64,000 bases of DNA from Cetorhinus maximus (GCF_964194155.1 NC_135901.1:36580001-36644000); one strand, 5' to 3'; numbered from the stretch's first letter, positions 11,800 to 26,306 are shown. Made by a program: numbers and translations. Notes: a model not told the origin generated them from the sequence alone.

Positions 11800-12721
11800 T
11801 GTGCGATGCTGCGAAGTAGGCTTGTGCGGACTGTGTGTAGGTTGTGTGTGTGTGTGACTAATTTAATTAGACTGACGACAGTCAGACTGCAAGATTTAAA
11901 TCATCGGAAGGATTAGGTGTAAAGCAGGTATTTTTGAAGTGGAGATGAGTGAGCTAAGATGGGATACCAGTAGATACAGCATGAATAGGAATTTGCATTA
12001 GGAGATAAATGAGGAGCTGAATTTTTAGCTATTGAATTTTAAAGAGAGAAAAAAGGAAGTTTTACAACTGGCAAAGAGCATAAATAAATAAAGCAAAGTT
12101 ATTAAGTTTATTTTTCCCTAAAGTAGTGGCCATAAAAGCAACATGAAAGTTTTTAGATTCTGGGAAAGGTAACCTTCAAAAGAAAGTTAAAAACATTTAT
12201 ATGGGGTTTGGCCATGTGATTTGAAGAGTGTGCTGTGTGAGCACAGTCCAATGAAGGAAGCAGCTTCTCACCACCCCAGAGAAGTGTCTGGTTGTTCCAG
12301 AAAGCAACGTTTTCTTACAAGACTTGGATTTCCATTGTTGACTGAGAGGGAGAGAGAAGCTTATGAAATACCTCCCTTATAGCAACAGTGGGTGCCTTGT
12401 AGTAATATTACTGGATGTTTTACTGTTGTCTGGAAATGGGTGTTTATTTGTGAATCTAGCTAAGTAGAAATCTTTTGGGAAATGATATAAAACGAAAGTT
12501 AACTGTGTAGCTGTAATCTTATGTGTTTAAGTTTTCTTTTCTTCTGTTAATAAATATTTTAATTTAATATCTCCAAAAGTGGTAGTGGAATCTTTACTTC
12601 TGACTTCAGTACACATACCTTCTCGAAATAAACACAAATTGCAAATTTGTTGTAATAGCCTGACCAAGTTTCCCTTTGGAATTTGGTCAGCCTGGCAAAT
12701 ACCACCTGCCATATCACAACA
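11800..12721 (+). mobile_element. Putative solo LTR
   Basis: TG...ACAACA ends and AATAAA near the 3' end (about 12549 and 12627). No target-site duplication was confirmed. Confidence 0.4.
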
Positions 12722-13373
12722 AAGGGGGAAGCAGAAAAGCAGCAATATTCCGGCCCCGCACTCTCCAATCACCCGCTGCCAGCAGAAAGCAGCGACTGCA
12801 GCTTCAATCAGCGGGTTACTGCCCATCCCTGGGACACAAGATACTCCAACCCGGGCCAAACCTCCCAATACACCGGGCACAGGCTCAGGAAGATGCAGGT
12901 AGATAATATCCCTGTCACTAAACCTCCAAGCAGCATTTACAGAATGCCCGAGTGAGTGAGTCACAAATAAAAGACACACCAACTTTCTAAATCTTTTCAC
13001 TGAAAAATTCCTTCAATTTATTGAAAATCTGACTGTTGTGAATCTGAAAATGAGCACCATGGGGTTTGTGTTACTAAATGACTGGCTGTCCATTGTTTGT
13101 CAGGTTTGCAATTCAATTTTTGTTGGATATTGAAGTGAATCTCATTTCAAAATGAGGGCACAAAGCAGGTAAATATTAAATCCAGGGACAAATCCTGAGG
13201 AAAATGGATCAGTGTTTGGAAGGAGGTGCAGCTAACCAGCAGAAGCTGTGAATGATGCTATTGAGTGGAGAGCATTGGACCCTTGGGCTTCTGCTGGTCA
13301 ATTTCCTTCTCTGCCATTTCATTCAGACAGTTAACTCACTGTGATAACAGATATGGATATAACATTGCCGATT

Positions 13374-13446
13374 GTCTGACTAACTCAGCTGGAGGAGCCC
13401 GAGTCATTTCATCTCAGGGTTGTGGGTTTGAGCCTCACATTGGGTG
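13374..13446 (+). pseudogene. Decayed tRNA-Lys
   Basis: GTCTGACTAACTCAGCTGG...ATCTCAGGGTTGTGGGTTTGAGCCTCACATTGGGTG is a CpG-decayed version of tRNA-Lys-CTT. A T run follows. Confidence 0.72.
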
Positions 13447-13719
13447 CTCTTTGTTTTTAAACTTTTCTCCTTTTCCAGGTGAACTCCAGCTCTCCATTCT
13501 TCCAGCAGTGTCACCCCTCAAAATGAGTCTTTCTCCATCCTGCTTTGTTACTATCACTGATTCAGAAACTGAAGGAGGGCACCATGACCACCCACCCCAG
13601 GGTCAGAAACGAGCTGTGCAGCTTTAGGGCCTGAATAAGATCCAACAGGGGGTCCCCTCCTGTGTTCCACTGGACGGCAGCTGGGGTCAGTCTGAGGACC
13701 CGAATAAGAGTCACAGGAG

Positions 13720-14010
13720 CTGGAGAACTGAACCCAGCCAGAGTAGAGGGAGGGAGAAAACTGGGAGTGGAGGAAGGAAATGGTGGAGATGGTGCGATGC
13801 GTTTGAATTTCAGCTCAGGGAAGACGGAGAGTGTGTGAGATGGGGATTTACAGCTTTGGGGAACAAGAGAGGAAAAAGTGTTCCATAGAAACTAGAACTC
13901 TCTGTTCTGAATTTCTATCCTGTACTGACAGCGATGCCCTTTGTAAACTCCATTTGCAGAATATTGGAGGGAGAGGATTTTCAGTCAGGAGATTCCAAAC
14001 AAAAACCTTG
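13720..14010 (+). pseudogene. Orphan ZNF intron/acceptor module with no finger array
   Basis: Similar to 59565-59830 (gaactgaacc...ctgggagtggagg...tgtaaactc...cag), then truncated. Confidence 0.55.
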
Positions 14011-15121
14011 GCCCAATTTTACAGCAGCGGATCTCAAACAGAGGGTCGCGATTCCCGGTGAGGTGGGGGGCTGAGGAATTGGGGCTGTGAGCTCCGAGGC
14101 AGCAATGGGGGATGTGGAGCAGAGACTCAGCCCAGACAGTCCTGCCATCGGGTTCGAGGCTCCAGGACACGTGCATTTCTTTTCCTGCCAGTGGTCCAGG
14201 TGTCGAGAGAATGAGGTTCGAGGCCCCATCACTGACTCCAGCATAAAGGTCAGTGAATAAATGACATCGCATCCCCCATTCTGTCTGTCACAACTCTTCC
14301 CCACCCCCTTCTTAGCCCTTCTCAATGCTTCCCTCCCCCCTCACAACTCTTACACCCCCTGTTCTCCCAATTACCCGGTCTCATTATGGGGTCTGTGTAC
14401 CTGGAGAGACAACAGGAAACCTGCCTGATGGGAGGTCACACAGCAACTTAGAGGAAGACTTGAGTTCAGGCGTAAGACAGTAGAACGTCAGTGATAGTTT
14501 GGCCTGGTGGGCTAGTGGAAGGAAGGGAAGCAGCAGAGGCAGCTGATTAGATTGTCTAAATTATTTTTATTCATTCATGGAATGTGGGCATCACTGACTA
14601 GGCCAGCATTTATTGCCCATCCCTAATTGCTCTTGAGAAGGTAGTGAACTGTCTTCTTGAGCAGCTGCAGTCCATGTGGTGTAGGTACACCCAAAGTGCT
14701 GTTAGAGAGGGAATACCAGGATTTTGACCCAGCGTTAGTGAAGGAACGGCAATATATTTCCAAGTCAGGATGGTGTGTGACTTGGAGGGGAACTTTCAGG
14801 TGCTGGTGTTCACATGGATCTGCTGCCCTTGTCCTTCTAGATGGTAGTGATCCTGGGTTTGGAAAGTTCTCTGAAAGAAGCACCATGAACTCCTCACACT
14901 TGTTGTTGGAGGTGAGGATGGAGGAGGCAGGGGCGAGGGAGAGCCCTTCAAATGGAACCAACAGAGATGTTTAAAAGATTCAACACACACTGTGTTTAAC
15001 AAAAAACTGATATATTTAACTTCATCCAGAATATTAGGAGTCGATGTACATCAGCAGAAACAGACCCCAAAGGACATGGTTCAGTCTGGATGTGATTAAC
15101 AGCAAAATCCAATCGCTACAG

Positions 15122-16327
15122 TTACTTGTGAACACGCTGGTGTCTCAGCAGATGGGATGAGGTAGTGAATCGCTTCCCACAATTAGAGCAGATGAACGGC
15201 CTCTCCCCAGTGTGAATTCGTTGGTGAACGGTGAGCTCAAATGATGTCTTGAATCCTGTCCCACACTGAGAGCACCTGAAGGGTCTCTCTTCAGTGTGAA
15301 CACGTTGATGGGACATCAGGTTCCCGGAACTTTTATAGCACGTCCCACAGTCTGGGCATTTATAAGGTCTCTCATCAGTCTGAACTCGCTGGTGAGTCAG
15401 CAATTGAGATGACTGAATGAATCCCTTCCCACACTGGGAGCAGGTGAACGGTTTCTCGTCAGTATGAACACGTTGATGGTACATCAGATTCCAAGAACTT
15501 TTATAGCACTTCCCACAGTCTGGGCATTTAAAAGGTCTCTCCCTCGTGTGAACTCACTGGTGTGACTGCAGGTGGGATGACTGAATGAATTCCATCCCAC
15601 ACTCAGAGCAGGTGAAGGGCCTCTCTCCAGTGTGAATTCGCTGGTGCACAGTGAGCTGAGATGATGTCTTGAACCCAGTCCCACAGTGAGAGCACCTGAA
15701 TGGTCTCTCGTCAGTGTGAACTCGTTGATGGCACATTAGTTCCCTGGAACTTTTATAGCACTTCCCACAACCTGGGCATTTGAAAAGTCTCTCCTCAGTG
15801 TGAACTTGCTGATGTGTCAGCAGATGGGATAACTGAATGAATCCCTTTCCACACTGGGAGCAGGTGAACGGCCTCTCCCCAGTGTGACTGTGCTGGTGTA
15901 CAGTGAGATCAGATGATGTCTTGAACCCAGTCTCACAGTGAGAGCACCTGAACGTCCTCTCATCAGTGTGAACACGTTGATGGAACATGAGTTCCCCAGA
16001 ACTTTTATAGCACTTCCCACAGTCTGGGCATTTAAAAGGCCTCTCATCGGTGTGAACTCGCTGGTGTTTCCGCAGGTTGGATGACTGAGTGAATCCATTA
16101 CCACATGTGGAGCAGGTGAATGGCCTCTCCCCAGTGTGACTGCACTGATGCTTTTCCAGGTCAGATGGGTGATTGAATCCCTTCCCACAGTCCCCACATT
16201 TCCATGGTTTCTCCCCATTGTGACTGCGTTTATGTTTAGACAGGCCAGATGTTTGGCTGAAGCCTCATCCACACAGAGAACATGTGTACGGTTTCTCCCC
16301 ACTGTGAACGGTGCTTTTTCCTTCCAT
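15122..16327 (-). pseudogene. 14-finger C2H2 ZNF with two nonsense codons and no frameshift
   Basis: 1206-nt frame from ATG (16327) to TAA (15122). In-frame TGA at 16265-16267 and 15554-15556, where paralogs have CGA (Arg). Confidence 0.88.
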
Positions 16328-16719
16328 GTTCAAAATCCGATGATATTCAGGTTACGATAAATTGGGCGACTCCGTCAGATCCTGATGTGATGTCTGGTTT
16401 CAGTTTCCCGACTGCAAATCCTCCCCTTCTAACACCCTGTAAAATTGATTTAAAACAGAAAAAAGGGAGTGAGAGAGAACCCACAAAAACACAAAGGCAG
16501 GTTGTGAAACTGAGCTGAATGAATCTGGTAATTTGTGGGGCTGGCACTAGGAAAAAGTTACCATGAAAACTGCTGGATTGTCATAAAAACCCAACTGGTT
16601 CACTAATGTCCTTCAGGAAAGGGAACCTGCCACCCCATCTGGGCCTACACAAGACTCTGGCCTCTAGGGGAGAAAATAGAGAGAGAGAGAGAGGGAGAGA
16701 GGGGGAGAGGTGGCAGAGT

Positions 16720-17470
16720 CGCTCTCCTTGATAACTGTCTGAGGCTGAACCAGGCTGTTCACAACCATGGTGAAATATTTCACCCCAAGATGAGCTTCCA
16801 ACCACATATCCACCTCATCACCTATTTCCACCTCAGTAACATCGCCCGACTCCAGCCCAGTCTCAGCTCATCTGCTGCTGAAACTCTCATCCATTCCTTT
16901 ATTCCCTCTAGACTTAACTATCCTAACACACTCCCGGCCGGTCTCCCACATTCAACCTCCCTGTAATCTTGAGGTCATCCAAAACTCTGCTGCCCATGTG
17001 CTTACTCGCACCAAGTCTTGTTCACCCATCACCCCTGTGCTCACTGACTTACAAATGCTCCGGGATAAGGAGAACCCCATTTTCAAAATTCTCATCCTTG
17101 TTTTCAAATTCATCCATGGTCTCTCCCTCCCTATCTCTGTAATCTCCTCCAGCCTCACAACCCTCCCAGATATCTACACTTCTCTAATTCCGACATTCTG
17201 AGCATTCCCAATTTTAATTCCTCCACCTTTAGTGGCCGCGTCTTCAGCTGCCAAGACCATGAATTCTGGAATTTCCTCCATAAACCTCTCCACCTCACTT
17301 TCTTCCTTTAAGATAATCCTTAAAATTTACCTTTTCAACTACACATTTGTTAATCTGCCCTGATATCTCTATCTGCGGTTCGTTCTCAAATGTTTCCTTA
17401 TAACATTCCGGTGAAACATCTTGGAACATTCTGTTACACAAAAGGTGCTACAGAAATACAAATTATTGTT
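16720..17470 (+). mobile_element. L2 3' fragment in ZNF intron; paralogs at 24050-24690 (-) and 50235-50730 (+)
   Basis: LRLNQ.VHN..IF.PKMSFQPHI..ITKTAYFHL.NIA, an L2 post-RT region. Confidence 0.75.
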
Positions 17471-18584
17471 GATTTGGACATATATCACTGTTCTTTCATC
17501 ATCACTGGGTGAATAACCTGTAACTCCTTACCTAACAGCATTGTGGGACCACCTTCACCACACGGACTGCAGCAGTTCAAGAAGGTCAAACATCATCTTC
17601 TCCACAGGTTACTGGGGATTGACAACATTTTCTGGTCTTGTTAGTGAAATGGCAGGGGAGTGGGACTGGCTGATTTGCTCTTGCAGAGAGCCAGCACAGA
17701 CACAACAGGCTGAATGGCCTCCGTCCATATCGCCATCATTCAATGATTCTGTGACTCGATTAAAAAGGACCAACACTGGAGGCCAGGAACCAACTTCTGT
17801 AACCAACACCCACCCTGATACAAACCGGCTCTTAATTGGTCCGTCTGTGTTTCTAGACTCGGTTCTGTGAGCAACGCCTGAAATAAAATAATAGCAAAAT
17901 ACTGCAGCTGCTGGAAATCTGAAATAAAAAGAGCAAATGCTGGAAATACTCAGCAGGTCAGGCAGTATCTGTGGAGTTAACATTTCAGGGTGTGCAGAAT
18001 GAATTAGGGGGAATAAAAATGGTGCAGAATTTGATGGTCAAAATAAGCTCAGAAGTGGAAGAGAAATGGACCATAGCGCAGGAAAAACAATTCCTGACTA
18101 TGGAAGATACTGTGGGAAGATAAAGCTGGTAAGACAGCAGCACATGGTCTGGGTTGGAGAGCAGTGGAAACCTCATTTAGACACATTTGATAGATGTAAC
18201 AGTAAAATACTAAACATAATTAAAATACACCCTGTACTAGAGACAGAGGAAGTTAGACAATGGCAGAGAGGTGATCAGGGAGGTAGAGGTGAAATAGATC
18301 AATAGATGGACATGGATTCAGATCCACAGTAAAGGAGCCACATCAGCCCCAGAGCCCTGGAGCCTCTCACAGAAAACAGAGCGCAACACTAAAAGCTCTA
18401 AATTGTAGATGAATGGTGAAAAATACTCAACTCTGAAACTATCTCACTGTTTTCAATCTGAAAATCTCCTGCTGGATCCTGCAGCTGGAAAGATATCAGA
18501 AGCACTGGAGTCAGAGAAAAATCTCCCAGTTGAGGAAATACCCGGGGAGTGGGGTGATGTCACCATGTAATTGTCAATGTATGA

Positions 18585-20305
18585 TTTAAACTAAACAAGA
18601 GGGGTGAGGGGGTCAATCTTGGGTAGAGGCAGCATTTCAAGGTGTAGAGTCAAGACAGGAGAGCAATAGAAATATGAGAAATGAGGGTCAGAGAATTGCA
18701 GGAAGGGACAGTGAAAAAGCCTGAGAACAGTCAAGACTAAATGTTACAAATGTAACAAAAAGACAACACTGAAGGCTCTCTATCTGAATGCGCATAGCAC
18801 TCATAACAAAGTAAATGAATTGACCCACATTGAAGTAAATAAATATGATCTGATCTTAATTATGGAGACATGGCTGCAGGATGACAATGGTTGGGTCCTT
18901 AATATTGAGGGGTACATGATGCTCAAGAAGAATAGGAAGCTAGGTAAAGGTGGAGGGGTAGCATTGTTAATCAGAGAGGGCATTGGTGCAATAGTTAGCG
19001 ATGACCTTGCTTCAGGAGATCGGGATGTAGAATCGGTTTGGGTGGAGATGAGGAATAGTAGAGGAAAAAGTAATTTGTGGGAATGGTCTACAGGCCTCCT
19101 AACACTAGCCACAGTGTAGGACAAAGTATTCAAGAGAAAATATTGTGTGCTTGTGATAAAGTGACGGCAATAATCATGGGTGATTCTAATCTGCATATAA
19201 ACAGGGAAAAATCAGATTGGCAGTAGTAGCCTGGATGAGGAGATCTTGGAATGCTTTCAAGATAGTTTCTTAGAGCAGCATGTTCAGGAACCAAGCAGAG
19301 AGCAGGTTATATTGGACTTGGTATTGTGTAACATGACAGGATTAATTAATGATCTCAGAGTAAAGGCACCCCAAGGTAGCAGCGAGCACAATATGATTGA
19401 ATTTTACATCCTGCTGCAAAGAGGACATGAGGGGGTTGCCGTTGGATATAGATAGGTTGAGTGAGTGGGAAAAGGTCTGGCAAATGGAGTTTAATGTGGG
19501 AAAATGTGAAGTTGTTCACTTTGGCAGGAAGAACAAAAGAACAAAAAAGTAGAATATTACTTAAATTCTGAGGTGCAGTGGGATCTAGGTGTTCTGGTAC
19601 ATGAGTCACAAAAAGTTAGTCTGCAGGTACAGAAAATAATTAAGCGGGCTAATGAAATGCTATCCTTTATTACGAGGGGGTTTGAACATAAAAATAAGGA
19701 TGTTATGCTTCAGTTATACAGGGCATTGATGAGACCGCACTTTAAATACTGTGTGCAGTTTTAGTCTCCTTATTTAAGGAAGGGTGTAAATACATTGGAG
19801 GTGGTTCAAAGGAGGTTTAGTAGATTGATACCTGGAATGAGTGGGTTGTTTAATGAGGAAAGGTTGGACAGACTGGGCTTGTTTCCACTGGAGTTTATAA
19901 GAGTGAAGGATGATTTGATTGAAGTATGTAAGACCCTAAATGGCCCTGACAAGGTGGACGTGGAAAGGATGTTTCCTCTTCTGGGTGAGTCCAGAACTAG
20001 GGGGTTCTGTTTTAAAATTAGGGGTCACACTTTTAGGACAGAGATGAGGAGATTTCTTTTCCTCTCAGAGGGTTGTGCAACTTTGGAACTCCCTGCCTCA
20101 GGAGGTGGTGGAGATGGGGTCAAGAATATTTTAAAGACAGAGGTAGACAGATTCTTGTTAGGCAAAGGGATCAAAGGTTATCAGTGTTAGATGGGAATTT
20201 GGGAATCAAAACACAAGAAGATCAGCCAGGGTCTTATTGAATGGTGGAGCAGGGTCAAGGGGCTGAATGGGCTACTCCTGTTCCTATTTCTTATGTTCTT
20301 ATGAT
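18585..20305 (+). mobile_element. Internally deleted CR1 LINE
   Basis: APE endonuclease motifs (YDLILIMETWL, VESVWVE, LDLVL), post-RT region (DLGVLV...LYRALMRPH, SRTRG) and a 3' tail ctactcctgttcctatttcttatgttcttatg. Confidence 0.9.
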
Positions 20306-20869
20306 GTCACACACACAAACACAGAACAACATCTAGGTGTGTGCAAACCAGTGATCACCAGACATTATGAAGGATGTGAGGGTTTCTGAAAGGGTGCAGA
20401 GGAGATTTACCAGAATGGTTAGGGGGAATGAGGGGTTTTAATTGCAAGTTCAGGTTGCAGAAACTGGAGTTGTTCTTGCAGCAAAGGAGAGTGAGGGGTA
20501 AGAGTAATAGAGATGTAGAGATTATGATCGGTTTAGATAAGGGAGATAGAGAAAAACTGTTCCCATTAATTGATTGTGAAAGGTTTATGGGACAGAGATT
20601 TCAGATTCTGGGCAAGGGATACAGTGGGGATGTGAGGAAGAACGTTTTTACACATCTGACAGTGACAGGTTTGGGAAACGGTTTGTATAGAGCATTAGAA
20701 AACGAGGATCCAGGTCCTGATGTATTGAGTGACTCTGTCAGATCTTAATGTGATGTTTGGCCTGACTTTACCATCTGTGAATCCTCCCCTTCTGACCCCC
20801 TGTAAAAGGAGTTTCCAAAATCCATCCCCATCAGTCCAGGACAGAAATTCACAATATTCTCTCCTCCTG

Positions 20870-21100
20870 CTACCTGGACTAGGATGACCGTGCATGCGCC
20901 CTGCTGCACATTGCCCCCTATAAAGATGGCGGCCATTACCCCGGGCCTGGCGAAGGGAGAAATCCAGACTTTTTCGGCCCGTTCTCTGCAAACACAAGAC
21001 CGGTACCTTGTTATTTGGGGTCTGTGGCCTGCACTGTGTCTTTATGAAGCCTCCCTGCCCACTCCGCTGGCTCCATTCCTCCTCACACACCCACTAACTC
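20870..21100 (-). promoter_or_regulatory. Truncated YY1/NRF1 promoter module, left palindrome arm
   Basis: AAGATGGCGGC at 20923-20933 and TGCATGCGC. Homologous to 36925-37150. Confidence 0.65.
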
Positions 21101-21104
21101 TGTT

Positions 21105-21690
21105 ACAAAAACAGAATTACCTGGAGAAACTCAGCAGGTCTGGCAGCATCGACGGAGAAGAAAAGAGTTGACGTTTCGAGTCCTCATGACCCTTCAGCAG
21201 AACTGAGTAAAGTTAGGAGAGAGGTGAAATATAAGCTGGTTTAAGGTGGGGGGTGGGGGGAGAGAAGTTGAGGGTGGGGTGGTTGTAAGGACAAGCAAGC
21301 AGTGATAGGAGCAGATAATCAAAAGATGTCACAGACAAAGGAACAAAGAGGTGTTGAAGGTGGTGATATTATCTAAGAAAAGTGCTAATTAAGAATGGAT
21401 GGCAGGACACTCAAGGTACAGCTCTAGTGGGGGTGGGGTGGAAAGACTGACAAGGTATTAGTTGTAGATTTTAAAATAATGGAAATAGGTGGGAAAAGAA
21501 AAATCTATATAAGTTATTCAAAAAAACAAAAGGGAGGGGGAAGAAACGGGGTGGGGATGGGGGGAGGGAGTTTAAGATCTAAAGTTGTTGAATTCAGTAT
21601 TCAGCCTGGAAGGCTGTAAAGTGCCTAGTCGGAAGATGAGGTGCTGTTCCTCCAGTTTGCGTTGGGCTTCACTGGAACAATGCAGCAAGC
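21105..21690 (-). mobile_element. Penelope-like element 3' end (GIY-YIG C-terminus plus terminal repeat), left arm
   Basis: Minus strand encodes EAQRKLEEQHLIFRLGTLQPSRLNTEFNNFRS, typical of the Penelope-like endonuclease end, followed by the hammerhead-containing terminus. Confidence 0.8.
21166..21204 (-). ncRNA. Minimal hammerhead ribozyme motif, variant core
   Basis: AGTT-CTGCTGA-A-GGGTC-ATGAG-GACTC-GAAA-CGTC-AACT, with a GUC cleavage triplet and a CUGCUGA core. Confidence 0.6.
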
Positions 21691-21702
21691 CAAGGACAGA
21701 CA

Positions 21703-22346
21703 TTGCTGTATTGTTCCAGTGAAGCCCAACGCAAACTGGAGGAACAGCACCTCATCTTCTGACTAGGCACTTTACAGCCTGAATATTGAATTCAACAACT
21801 TTAGATCTTGAACTCCCTCCTCCATCCCCACCCCCTTTCCGTTTCTTCCCCCTCCCTTTTGTTTTTTCCAATAATTTATATAGATTTTTCTTTTCCCACC
21901 TATTTCCATTATTTTTAAATCCAAACCTTTAATGCCCTGTTAGTCTTTCCACCCCACCCCCACTAGAGCTGTACCTTGCGTATCCTGCCATCCATTCTTA
22001 ATTAGCACATTCTCTTAGATAATATCACCACCTTCAACACCTCTTTGTTCCTTTGTCTGTGACATCTTTTGGTTATCTGCTCCTATCACTGCTTGCTTGT
22101 CCCTACAACCACCACCCACCCCCCCCACCCCCCAACTTCTCTCCACCCCCCCCCCACCCCCGCCGCCCCACCTTAAACCAGCTTATATTTCACCCCTCTC
22201 CTAATATTACTCAGTTCTGTTGAAGGGTCATGAGGACTTGAAACATCAACTCTTTTCTTCTCCGCCGATGCTGCCAGACCTGCTGAGTTTTTCCAGGTAA
22301 TTCTGTTTTTGTTTTGGATTTCCAGCATCTGCAGTTTTTTGTTTTT
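21703..22346 (+). mobile_element. Penelope-like element 3' end, right arm (inverted copy)
   Basis: Reverse complement of 21105-21690 with small indels. Encodes QRKLEEQHLIF*LGTLQP. Confidence 0.8.
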
Positions 22347-22349
22347 AAC

Positions 22350-22585
22350 AGAGTTAGTGGGTGTGTGAGGAGGAATGGAGCCAGCGGAGTGGACAAGGAG
22401 GCTTCATAAAGACACAGTGCAGGCCGCAGACCCCAAATAACAAGGCACCAGTCTTGTGTTTGCAGAAAACGGACCGAAAAACCTGGATTTCTCCCTTCGC
22501 CAGGCCCAGGGTAACGGCCGCCATCTTTATAGGGGGCAATGTGTAGCAGGGCGCATGCGTGGTCACCCTGGTCCAGGTAGCAGGA
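22350..22585 (+). promoter_or_regulatory. Truncated YY1/NRF1 promoter module, right palindrome arm
   Basis: GCCGCCATCTT and GCGCATGCGT. Inverted copy of 20870-21100. Confidence 0.65.
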
Positions 22586-25439
22586 GGAGAGAATATTGTG
22601 AATTTCTATCCTGGACAGACAGGGATGGATTTTGGAAACTCCTTTTACAGGGGGTTAGAAGGGAAGGATTTACACACAGCAAACTCAAACCAAGAGAAAT
22701 GTTTGTTCTTTCTGAATTTCAATCCTGGATTGACCATGATGGATTTTTTGAATTCCATTTCCAGATGTGAGAAGAGGAGGGGGAAAGGGATACTTGAGGG
22801 AGATGAAAAACTAAAACCAAACATCACGTCAAAATCTGAAAGTCACTTGATTCGCCAGGACCTGAATAACACCAGCCTTTGAATGTAAGCATTGAGTTCC
22901 AGGTCATTTTCAGTTACTGGGTAAAAAATCTCTTCCTCACGTTGTGGATCTTATCTAAAATCTTAAATCTCTGTTCCTTAATCCTTTCATAATCAGCTCA
23001 TGGGAACAGCTTTTATTTAACTACCTTTCATAATCCTGTACACCTCTGTCAAATCTTCCCACAATCTCCTTTACTCCGAGTAGAACAACCCCAGTTTCTC
23101 GAATTTAATCTTACAATTAAAATCCCTCATCCCTTGAACCATTCTGATAAATCTCCTCTGCCCCCTATCAAGGACCCTCACATCCTTCATAATGTGTGGT
23201 GATCACTGGTTTGTGCAGACCCAGATGTTCTGTGTTCGTGTCTATGACATCATCACACATTGACAATTACACTGTGACATCATCCCACTCCCCGGGTATT
23301 TCCTCAACTGGGAGATTTTTCTCTGACTCCACTGCTTCTGATATCTTTCCAGCTGCAGGCTCCAGCAGGAGATTTTAAATTTGAAAATGGTGAAGTTGTT
23401 TCAGAGCTGAGTATTTTTCACCATCCATCTACAATTTAGAGCTTTTAGTGCTGTGCTCTGTTTTCCGTGAGAGGTTCCCTGGCTCTTGGGCTCGTGTGAC
23501 TCCTTTACTGAGGATCTGAGTCCATGTCCATCTATTGCTCTGTTTCACCTCTAACCTCCCTGATCACCTCTCTGCCATTGTCCACCTTCCTCTGTCTCTA
23601 ATAATGGATCTATTTGAGTTATATTTAGTATTTTATTGTTACTTCTGCTGACCGTGCCTAAATGAAGTTTCCACTGCTGCCCATCCTCCGACCATGTGCT
23701 GCTGCCTTCCCAGCTTTATCTTCCCGCAGTATCTTTCATAGTCAGGAATTGTTTTTCCTGCGCTATAGTCCATTTCTATTCCACTTCTGAGCTTATATTT
23801 ATCATCAAATTCTGCAGCATTTTTACTCCCTGTAAATCATTCTGTGAACCCTGAAATGTTTACTCTGTTTCCCTCTCCACAGATACCAGCATGTATTGCC
23901 AATCCCCGGTCGCCTGTGGAGAAGATGATGTTTGACCTTCTTGAACCGCTGCAGTCCGTGTGGTAAAGGTGCTCCAACAATGCTGTTAGGTAAGGAGTTA
24001 CAGGTTATTCATCCAGTGATGATGAAGGAACAGTGATACATGTCCAAATCAACAACAATAATTTGTATTTATAAAGCACTTTTAATGTAAGACAATGTTC
24101 CAAAGCATTTCACAGAAATGTTACAAAGCAAGGTTTGACACTGAGCCACATGAGGAGATATTAGGGCAGGTGATCAAGCGTTTGGTCAAAGAAGTGGGTT
24201 TTACGGAGTATCTTAAAGGAGGAAAATGAGGTAGAGAATGGGAGAGATTTAGGGAGTGAATTCCAGAGCTTGGAGCCTTGGAAAGTGACAGAATGGGCAC
24301 GAATGTGGAACAATAGAAATCAGGAACGCTCAGTAGGCCAATTTAGAGGAGCACAAATATTTCCGAGGATTGTGATGCTGGAGGAGATTCCAGCAACAGG
24401 GAGCAGCCATGCAGGAATTTGAAAATAAGGGGTGGAGTCAGGCGATGTTACTGAGGTGGAAATAGGCGGTCTTGGTGATGATGTGGATATGTGGTTGGAA
24501 GCTCATCTTGGGGTGAAATATTTCACGATGGTTGTGAACAGTCTGGTTCAGTCTCAGATAGTTGTCAGGGAGAGGGACGGAGTCGGTGTCTAGGGAGTGG
24601 AGTTTGTAGTGGAGACTGAAGACAATGGCTTCAGTCTTCCCAATATTTAAATGGAGGAAATTTCTGTACATCCAGTACTGGATGTCAGACAAGTCAGGAT
24701 GGTGTAACTTGCAGGTTCACATACACCTGCTACCCTGGGCTTTCTAGGGGGTAGAGGTTGAAAGTTTTGGAGATTCTATCAAAGTTCTGGTTTATTTGTA
24801 GGTCTATGAAAAGCCCTCTCCTCACCCCCTGCCTCTCCCACTCCTCTCTCTGACTTTCTTTCTCTCCTTTTCTCCTTGTGTCACATAGAATTCTCCAGCC
24901 CAGCGGGTTGTGGATTCTCCATCATTGAATATATTTCAGGCTGAGATGGGGAGATTTTTGGTCTCTCAGGGAGTCGAGGGATATGGGGAGTGGGCGGGAA
25001 AGTGGAGTTGAAGCCCAAGATCAGCCACAATCATATTGAATGACGGAGCAGGCTCGAAGGGCCATGTGGTCTCCTGCTGCCCCTAACACTTGTTTTATTA
25101 TTGACACCAGAGTCTTGTGTAGGCCCAGACCGGGTGGCAGGTTCCCTTCCCTGAAGGACATTAATGAACCAGTTGGGTTTTTATGACAATCCAGCAGTTT
25201 TCATGGTCACTTTTTCCTCGTGCCGGCCCCACAAATTCCCAGATTCATTCAGCTCAATTTCACAACCTGCCTTTGTGTTTTTGTGGGTTCTCTCTCACTC
25301 CCTTTTTTCTGTTTTAAATCAATTCCACAGGGTGTTAGAAGGGGAGGATTTTTAGTCGGGAAACTGAAACCAAACATCACATCAGGATCTGACAGAGTCG
25401 CCCAATTTATCATAACCTGAATATCATCGGATTTTGAAT

Positions 25440-26306
<867 letters not shown>

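Noticed and set aside
12527-13000. 157-aa ORF and overlapping ORFs
   Set aside because: No recognisable domain; it crosses the end of a putative solo LTR.
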